DNA from: Candidatus Helarchaeota ASGARD archaeon Hel_GB_B
GTDB lineage: Archaea; Asgardarchaeota; Lokiarchaeia; Helarchaeales; HEL-GB-B
Direction of reading: 5' to 3'
DNA length: 32,000 nucleotides
Assembly (NCBI GenBank): GCA_005191425.1
Contig: SUPR01000023.1
Location: 1-32,000, forward strand
In this document: positions 25,833 through 32,000 of the stretch, one piece after another
How positions within the stretch are numbered: position 1 is the first letter of the stretch
Layout of the letters: every line of letters starts with the position of its first letter
Translations under genes and position numbers: made by a program
Notes under the pieces: model-generated
Database searches by the model: none
Seen by the model: only the letters and a program-made list of their open reading frames with translations
What the model was told of the DNA's origin: nothing

Positions 25833-28413
25833 AAAAATAATTTTGAAAAATTTTATTTCCCATAATGAAACCGAGATTGATTTTCCTCTGGGAGTCACTG
25901 TGATTGTGGGCGAGAATGGTGCAGGGAAATCTTCAATTCTAGATGGTCTAATTTTTGCATTATTTGGAGATAAAGTGAGGGGGGATACCATTACAGATAT
26001 TATAAGGTGGGGTACTTCTTCTGCTGAAATCATACTTGATTTTGATATGGATTCAGTAGAATATGAAGTTAAATGGACTCGGACAAAAAGAAATGTAAAT
26101 GCTAAATTAATAAGGAAGGATATTGGTGTTATTGCTACTCATAAAGATAATGTAGTTAATGAAATCCCTAAAATTTTAAAAATGGACAAAGAGACAATTA
26201 TTAACTCGATATTTATACGCCAAGGAGAAATTGCAAGTCTAATAGACGCCGACCCAAAAGTAAGAAAAAATTTAATTGGAAAATTAATTGGCCTGGATAA
26301 AATGGAAAAATCATGGGAATTAATGAAAAAAGTGATAGAACATTTTGAAGAAGAAAAAAAGGATTTAAAAAATAGAAAAAGTGAACTTGATATAGAGATA
26401 AAAACAAAGACCAAAAACATTGAAAAAATAAAAATTGAAATCGATGACTTGAAAAATAAAATAACATCACTTGAAAAAGATTTTAAATTAGTAAATAAGC
26501 AATTTAAAAATATTGATGAAAAATTAAATGAATTGAACAAAAAAAAGGAGATATATAATAAGCTTCATACATCAATAGAAGTAATCAGTGGAGAACTTTC
26601 TTTAATAGAAAAGGAGATAGAAGACTTTAAAGTTTCGGTAGCTGAGAGTAAAGAAGCAAAAGAAAAGATGAAAGAATTAGAAAAAAAAATAGAAAGAATT
26701 CCACTAATAGAACAATATGTTGAGAAATTTCGAAAATTAAATGATGAAAATGAGAATTTGAATGATTTTACTAATGAAATTAATGAAATTCAAAATATAG
26801 ATAAAAATTTACGTAAAAAATTTGAGGAATATAAAGAATATAAATCGAATATTGAAGTTGATTTAGAAATACAGGATGATTTGTGGCAGATAAAGGAAAT
26901 ATATTCAAATTTAATTTATGATTTAGATAGCCATTTTTCACAAATTTCTGAAATGAAGGACGAACTTAAAAAATTAATAGAAAAAGCTAAAAAAGTATTA
27001 ACAGATATTACGCCACAAGGAAAAGAAGACAAAATAAATGAATTAGAAAAGAGAATAAAAGAAATTGAAACTAAAATAAGAAATCTACAGGAGAGTTATG
27101 GACAAAAAATTGGTAGAATTCGTGAAATTGATGAATTCTTAGATTTATTAAAAGAAAAAGATATTTGTCCAGTGTGTAAATCAAAACTGACTATAGACCA
27201 TAGAAAAAAAGTGACAAATGAACTACGGGATGAGAAAAAAAGGCATATTGATGAACTAAAAAAAATTCAAAATGAACTTGAAGGGTTAAATAAATCTAAA
27301 TCTGAATTAAACCAGAAAATCAAAGAAGTTACGGAAATAAATGTGAAAAGAATTATTAAACTAAAGAAAGATATCGATAAAAAGTCATTAGAATCTAAAA
27401 AATTATATAAGAAACTTCAATTAATTGAAGTTAAACTCGCTAAAATTAAAACTAATATTGAAAAAGACATATCAGACATCAATGTATTAATTAGGAAACT
27501 ATCGGATGATATTCAAGAAATTATCACAAAAATTGGATACGAACCTACGAAGCCCGAAAATGAATTAAAGAGATTGAGAGAAAAAGAAAATGAATATAAT
27601 AATCTCAAACCGATTGCTGGCCGATATAATGAATTAACTCAAAAACTTGAATTAAAAAAATCCAGGAAAAGCATTTTATTGTCTAATTTGAATGATACTA
27701 ATCAAAATATAAAAGAGTTAGGCTATAATAAGGAAGAACATGAGAAAATAGGGGAAGAACGGGATAAATTACTCCAAAAACAGATTAAAATAAAAACGGA
27801 ATTAAATGAAAAAAAGGAATTACTTGAAAAAAGAATAGAAGAGATGAAAGAATTAGAAATAGAACTAAAAAAATATGCTGCTGATCTTAAAAAAATAGAA
27901 AAAAGTCTTAATAAAATCGAAGAATTTCTAAATAAATTAGAAAGAGTAAGAGGTTCATTCTCGAGAGATGGAGGACAAAAATTGGTCCGAAGAGTGATCG
28001 CTCCAATTATCTCGGAGTATGCGAAGACATATGTTGAACATTTTAATCTTGACATAATGAACATAGAAATATCAGAAGATTTTGATATTTCAATTGTAAA
28101 AGGTGGAAATGAAGTATCAATTAAATCGATGAGTGGTGGGGAGAAGGTCGCGATAGCTATTGCTATAAGATTAGCACTTGCTAAGACTATTTCCGGGAAT
28201 TTATCCTCAATAATAATGGACGAGCCAACAATACACCTTGACGATGAGAGACGTAGAGAACTTGTTGATATAATGAAGGATTTTCTGATGGACAATAGAA
28301 TAGTGCCGCAAATGATAATTATTAGCCATTTTGCAGGTTTAGAAGATGTTGCAGATACAATTTATCAAGTAAAAAAAACAAATAACGTTTCAAGGGTCGA
28401 ATTAATTACGTAA
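25822..28413 (+). CDS. rad50: DNA double-strand break repair ATPase Rad50
   Basis: GENGAGKSS, RQGEI, long coiled coils, zinc hook CPVC, signature MSGGEK and IMDEPTIHLD. Likely ATG at 25822 after GGAGG (track start 25792). Confidence 0.95.
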   Translation: MIFKKIILKNFISHNETEIDFPLGVTVIVGENGAGKSSILDGLIFALFGDKVRGDTITDIIRWGTSSAEIILDFDMDSVEYEVKWTRTKRNVNAKLIRKDIGVIATHKDNVVNEIPKILKMDKETIINSIFIRQGEIASLIDADPKVRKNLIGKLIGLDKMEKSWELMKKVIEHFEEEKKDLKNRKSELDIEIKTKTKNIEKIKIEIDDLKNKITSLEKDFKLVNKQFKNIDEKLNELNKKKEIYNKLHTSIEVISGELSLIEKEIEDFKVSVAESKEAKEKMKELEKKIERIPLIEQYVEKFRKLNDENENLNDFTNEINEIQNIDKNLRKKFEEYKEYKSNIEVDLEIQDDLWQIKEIYSNLIYDLDSHFSQISEMKDELKKLIEKAKKVLTDITPQGKEDKINELEKRIKEIETKIRNLQESYGQKIGRIREIDEFLDLLKEKDICPVCKSKLTIDHRKKVTNELRDEKKRHIDELKKIQNELEGLNKSKSELNQKIKEVTEINVKRIIKLKKDIDKKSLESKKLYKKLQLIEVKLAKIKTNIEKDISDINVLIRKLSDDIQEIITKIGYEPTKPENELKRLREKENEYNNLKPIAGRYNELTQKLELKKSRKSILLSNLNDTNQNIKELGYNKEEHEKIGEERDKLLQKQIKIKTELNEKKELLEKRIEEMKELEIELKKYAADLKKIEKSLNKIEEFLNKLERVRGSFSRDGGQKLVRRVIAPIISEYAKTYVEHFNLDIMNIEISEDFDISIVKGGNEVSIKSMSGGEKVAIAIAIRLALAKTISGNLSSIIMDEPTIHLDDERRRELVDIMKDFLMDNRIVPQMIIISHFAGLEDVADTIYQVKKTNNVSRVELIT

Positions 28414-28565
28414 TTGAATAGCTATTAATAAATTTAGATAAATAGATAAGTCAAACTAATTTATAAAAAGGGTATCGATTTTTTACAATAAAATCAACGT
28501 AACTTAGAAAATTATTTTTAAAATAATTTTAGGCATCAAAATTTTGATAATTTTAAATAAAAAAA

Positions 28566-29162
28566 TCATAGTAAGACTTCCTTGCATTGATAATATGTGA
28601 CTTCCCCTTGGCGGTCGACTACGGTTAAGACCAGTTTTTTTCTCGAGCTTTTAGCTATTTTTGTAATTTTAGCTAGATCAACTAATTTAAGTGGAGTACC
28701 TTCAGTGATCGGATGTAATAAATATTTTGCTGCGGATTCTCCAGCGATTACACCTCTATCATATACTCTAAATTCGATACTTTCGCCGAAGCCCTGACGT
28801 ATTATATAACCTCTACTCCGAATATCTTTATAGACTAAATATTTTGTCCAGAAGTTAGGAATATTTTTTACAAAATATTCAGATAACTCTCTAAAATTAT
28901 AATTTTTATCATTTTCATCATATATATTGAGCCTTTTTCGTTCTAAGAGTAGAAGTGCTTCGAGTGGTTCTAGGATTAAAATATTATTTTCGAAATTTCC
29001 GTAATAACCTTTTTCATATAGTTTTTTAGATTTTTCGTCTTCAATATGGACTTTTAATCCTTTAAGAATACCATTATAGACTTCAATTTCTTTAGATTTT
29101 TCTTTTTCCGTGTTATTCGAGGACTTTAATTCCTTATTTTCGTTCAAATTTACCACATTCAT
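28566..29162 (-). CDS. endA: tRNA splicing endonuclease subunit, probably the non-catalytic structural (beta) subunit
   Basis: LEPLEALLLL, YLVYKDIRSRGYIIRQGFG, EFRVYDRG and LTVVDRQGEVTYY. The catalytic His position reads ESAAKY instead of xHSxY. Confidence 0.85.
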   Translation of the reverse strand: MNVVNLNENKELKSSNNTEKEKSKEIEVYNGILKGLKVHIEDEKSKKLYEKGYYGNFENNILILEPLEALLLLERKRLNIYDENDKNYNFRELSEYFVKNIPNFWTKYLVYKDIRSRGYIIRQGFGESIEFRVYDRGVIAGESAAKYLLHPITEGTPLKLVDLAKITKIAKSSRKKLVLTVVDRQGEVTYYQCKEVLL

Positions 29163-29222
29163 TTTAAGTATTAGATAAACGTTAATATAATAGAAGACAG
29201 ATGATTTTTTAGATAAATTTTT

Positions 29223-30284
29223 TTAACTATTAATTATTTTTACAATATTTTCGTTATATGGAGGATAAATTATACCTTTTTCACAAATTATGGCTGAAAC
29301 TAATTCAGGTGGTGTAATATCGAATGCGGGGTTAATAACATCGGTATTTTTTGGTACAATCAATTTCCCATTAATTGTGGTAACTTCAGTGTGGTCTCTT
29401 TCTTCAATAACTACATTTTCAATTTGAGTAGTAAGGTCAAATGTAGAAGAGGGTGCAACTACATAAAATGGGATTTTATAATGTTTAGCAATTATAGCAA
29501 CACCTGAAGTTCCAATTTTGTTGATTACATGTCCAGTTGCTAAAATTCTATCAGCGCCGAGTATAACGCAATTAACTTCTTTTTTATAACAGATATATGA
29601 GAACATATTATCGGAAATTACCTTATGAGGTATACCTTCATAGGATAACTCAAAAGCAGTTAGTTTAGCACCTTGTAATCTTGGTCTTGTTTCATCCGCA
29701 TAAACAAAAATATTCTTTCCTAATTCATGAGCACGTTTAATTACACCTAAAGCAGTTCCATAAATTCCAGAAGTGGCTAATGCACCTGCATTACAATGTG
29801 TAACTATTTTATAATTTTGTTTAACAAGTGTAGCGCCAATATCAGCCATTTTTTTATTAATTTCATAATCTTCTTTTGCAATTTTAAGTGCTTCATCGAC
29901 AATTAATTTTTTTAAATTTAAAATATCTGTGTTATTATTTTTAATTAATTTCATGATCCTATTCAGTGCCCAAAATAGGTTTACGGCAGTGGGGCGAGTC
30001 TTACTCAAAATATTGTATGCTTCAGTTATTTTGCTCAGAAACTCGGTTTGTTCAGCGGAGTCAGGTATTTGTAAGGCTGCTAATGCCATTCCAAACCCAG
30101 CAGCTACACCAATTGCAGGAGCACCTCTTATGTTCATAACTTTTATAGCTTTAGCCATTTTTTTATAATTGTCAATTGTAATGTACTCCAATTTACCTGG
30201 TAATTTTGTTTGGTCAATTAAAATTGCCTTATTATTTTTCCAATAAATAGTCCTAATTCCGTGATCGGTATTTTTATCGCTCAT
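29223..30284 (-). CDS. mtnA: S-methyl-5-thioribose-1-phosphate isomerase (eIF2B alpha/beta/delta superfamily)
   Basis: IRGAPAIG, TRPTAVNL, THCNAGALAT, ETRP, GAD, NKIGT and NPAFDITP. Likely ATG at 30284 (track start 30293). Confidence 0.9.
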   Translation of the reverse strand: MSDKNTDHGIRTIYWKNNKAILIDQTKLPGKLEYITIDNYKKMAKAIKVMNIRGAPAIGVAAGFGMALAALQIPDSAEQTEFLSKITEAYNILSKTRPTAVNLFWALNRIMKLIKNNNTDILNLKKLIVDEALKIAKEDYEINKKMADIGATLVKQNYKIVTHCNAGALATSGIYGTALGVIKRAHELGKNIFVYADETRPRLQGAKLTAFELSYEGIPHKVISDNMFSYICYKKEVNCVILGADRILATGHVINKIGTSGVAIIAKHYKIPFYVVAPSSTFDLTTQIENVVIEERDHTEVTTINGKLIVPKNTDVINPAFDITPPELVSAIICEKGIIYPPYNENIVKIINS

Positions 30285-30422
30285 TTTTAACATTTTAGAA
30301 CATTATTTATAAAATAAATTAAAGATTATTAAAATAAATTATTGATTTTTTTTGATTGATTATAATTCAATTTTTCAATAAAAATATTTTTTATTCTAAA
30401 TTTTTTGCTTAATAAGATATAA

Positions 30423-31307
30423 TTATGGTTCAGGAAGATTTATGAAAACATTTATGGTCTCATTTTTTATTAAACTTTCTATAAGGTCGTTAATATAATC
30501 AGTTACATTCTCTTTTTCGACCAAATTTTTAAGTAAATCAAATTTATGCGCATGAAATGCTGAAATTATAGCTTTTTGTTTATCATCTTTTATGTTTGAA
30601 TAATTTAGATAATTTAAGAGAATAGTTTCCTTTAATTGTTCCTTCCATTTATTTTCCCCAATGCCAATTAGAGTAAAAATACCCGAAATTAAAGCTTTGG
30701 ATTTAGTGACCAATCGGCAGAGGGCGCGTTGAGTTTCTCCAGACCGAATAATGTCTTCGACAATTAATATACGATCTTGATTAGAGAGCAAATTTGCAGG
30801 CAAATATAAAGGAATGATGATACCAGTTCTGCCAGGAGAATAATTTTCTTCAAGAAATCTGGAAACACCAGCTTCTTTAGTTTTTTTAGCAATAATAGTA
30901 TCAATACCCAATTCATTTGCAGTTAAAACAGCTAAAGGCACACCATCAACAGCTGCAGTTAAGACTTTAGTAATATTTTTCTTATAGTATTTGTTAAAAA
31001 TCTCAGAAGCCACAATTTCTAATATAAAATTATTACCAACAATGTTTGAATTGTCAAAATAACCATTCTCATCAAAAGTTATATTCTTACGAATTTCATC
31101 TTTTACATCAAAAAATTCTGCAAAAACTTCGAAGATCTCCCTAGCTCGCGTATAAGAGGGGAGGACATGACCTTTAATATATCTATTCAATACAGTCATT
31201 GGTAAATTAAAAATCTGACTAAGTTTATTGTAAGTAAATTTATTCTTTAATTGCGTAAGATATTTTATTGACTTTAATCTATATTCAATAGATTGTAAAT
31301 GATTCAA
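30423..31307 (-). CDS. HTH-fused purine phosphoribosyltransferase-like protein (Apt/PurR-like regulator)
   Basis: N-terminal HTH TYNKLSQIFNLPMTVLNRYIKGHVLP; PRTase motifs TAAVDGVPLA and ILIVEDIIRSGET. TTG start after GGAGGAG. Confidence 0.85.
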   Translation of the reverse strand: MNHLQSIEYRLKSIKYLTQLKNKFTYNKLSQIFNLPMTVLNRYIKGHVLPSYTRAREIFEVFAEFFDVKDEIRKNITFDENGYFDNSNIVGNNFILEIVASEIFNKYYKKNITKVLTAAVDGVPLAVLTANELGIDTIIAKKTKEAGVSRFLEENYSPGRTGIIIPLYLPANLLSNQDRILIVEDIIRSGETQRALCRLVTKSKALISGIFTLIGIGENKWKEQLKETILLNYLNYSNIKDDKQKAIISAFHAHKFDLLKNLVEKENVTDYINDLIESLIKNETINVFINLPEP

Positions 31308-31475
31308 ATATTAGCTCCTCCATGGACATTATTTATCATCTCAGTTTACACCAATATCCCAAATTTTTAAGCAATAATTCTAATATATTTGAGATTAAAT
31401 TTATACTAAAAAAAAATTGAAAAGAGTATTTAACATTTATGTGTTAAAAACATTTTTATGTTAAAATGATAGAAA

Positions 31476-32000
31476 ATGAAGAAAATTAAATCTATAGAGC
31501 AACATACGTATTATACAGGAAATTTACCAGAAGGATGCAAATATTGCTTGGAAGGAAGTAAGCTTGTACTATTTGTAACCGGGTTATGTCCAAATCCGGA
31601 GTTTTGTAGTTGGTATTGCCCATTATCAGACAAAAGAAAAGGTCATGATATTATTTTTGCAAATGATGTCGAAGTTCACGGAGATGAAGACATTATAAAG
31701 GAAGTCAATTTAATGGAAGCTAAAGGTGCAGGAATTACCGGTGGAGAGCCGTTAGTTAAATTAGATAGGACTATTCACTACATAAAACTCCTAAAAAAAG
31801 AATTTGGAACAAAGTTTCATATCCATTTATATACAACAGGCACAATTCTTGAGAATAAAAAAGATTTATTTGCCTTAGCAGAAGCTGGATTGGATGAAAT
31901 AAGGTTTCATACAGGAAAAAAAGATAGACGTAAAATTGAATGGGCAACAGAAACTAATATGGATGTAGGAGCAGAGATACCAGTTTTACCAGATAAATTT
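31476..32000 (+). CDS. Radical SAM protein of a conserved uncharacterised archaeal family; runs off the window end
   Basis: Not in the ORF track; translated by hand from ATG at 31476: MKKIKSIEQHTYYTGNLPEGCKYCLEGSKLVLFVTGLCPNPEFCSWYCPLS...GAGITGGEPL...FHIHLYT...GLDEIRFH. Confidence 0.88.
   Translation, partial: MKKIKSIEQHTYYTGNLPEGCKYCLEGSKLVLFVTGLCPNPEFCSWYCPLSDKRKGHDIIFANDVEVHGDEDIIKEVNLMEAKGAGITGGEPLVKLDRTIHYIKLLKKEFGTKFHIHLYTTGTILENKKDLFALAEAGLDEIRFHTGKKDRRKIEWATETNMDVGAEIPVLPDKF

Noticed and set aside
25755-28295. Several minus-strand ORFs within rad50 (up to 190 aa)
   Set aside because: They are Phe/Ser/Leu-rich mirror translations of Lys/Glu-rich coiled-coil codons.
21881-28413. nurA-herA as an anti-phage HerA system
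   Set aside because: It is linked to canonical mre11 and rad50, which marks the standard archaeal repair operon.

Overview
Low-GC (roughly 28-30% by eye), gene-dense archaeal housekeeping region. Protein styles and gene content (HdrA, Fae-Hps, SepCysS, Get3-type ATPase, intron-rich tRNA) suggest an Asgard- or TACK-like archaeon; this is an inference, not a placement. In order: partial ADP-forming acyl-CoA synthetase subunit, membrane protein, hdrA, Get3/ArsA ATPase, orphan ABC ATPase, a divergent pair of YjbQ paralogs, pscS plus a ureohydrolase, rpl3-rpl4 (no rpl23), two hypothetical genes, fae-hps, three tRNAs (Lys-CTT, Thr-CGT, Leu-GAG), guaA, an NPP-type phosphodiesterase, rpiA, PINA ATPase, a CARF-wHTH-Zn-ribbon regulator divergent from nurA-herA-mre11-rad50, a tRNA splicing endonuclease subunit, mtnA, an HTH-PRTase and a partial radical SAM gene. 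I saw no CRISPR array, transposase or rRNA. Main points of interest: (1) a tRNA-Lys(CUU) split by three introns whose splice folds appear mutually exclusive; (2) a Csa3-like CARF regulator, with no cas genes nearby, between PINA and the DNA end-resection operon; (3) a hypothetical protein with a Vps62/NPP1-like motif set. All family calls come from motifs read by eye, with no database search.
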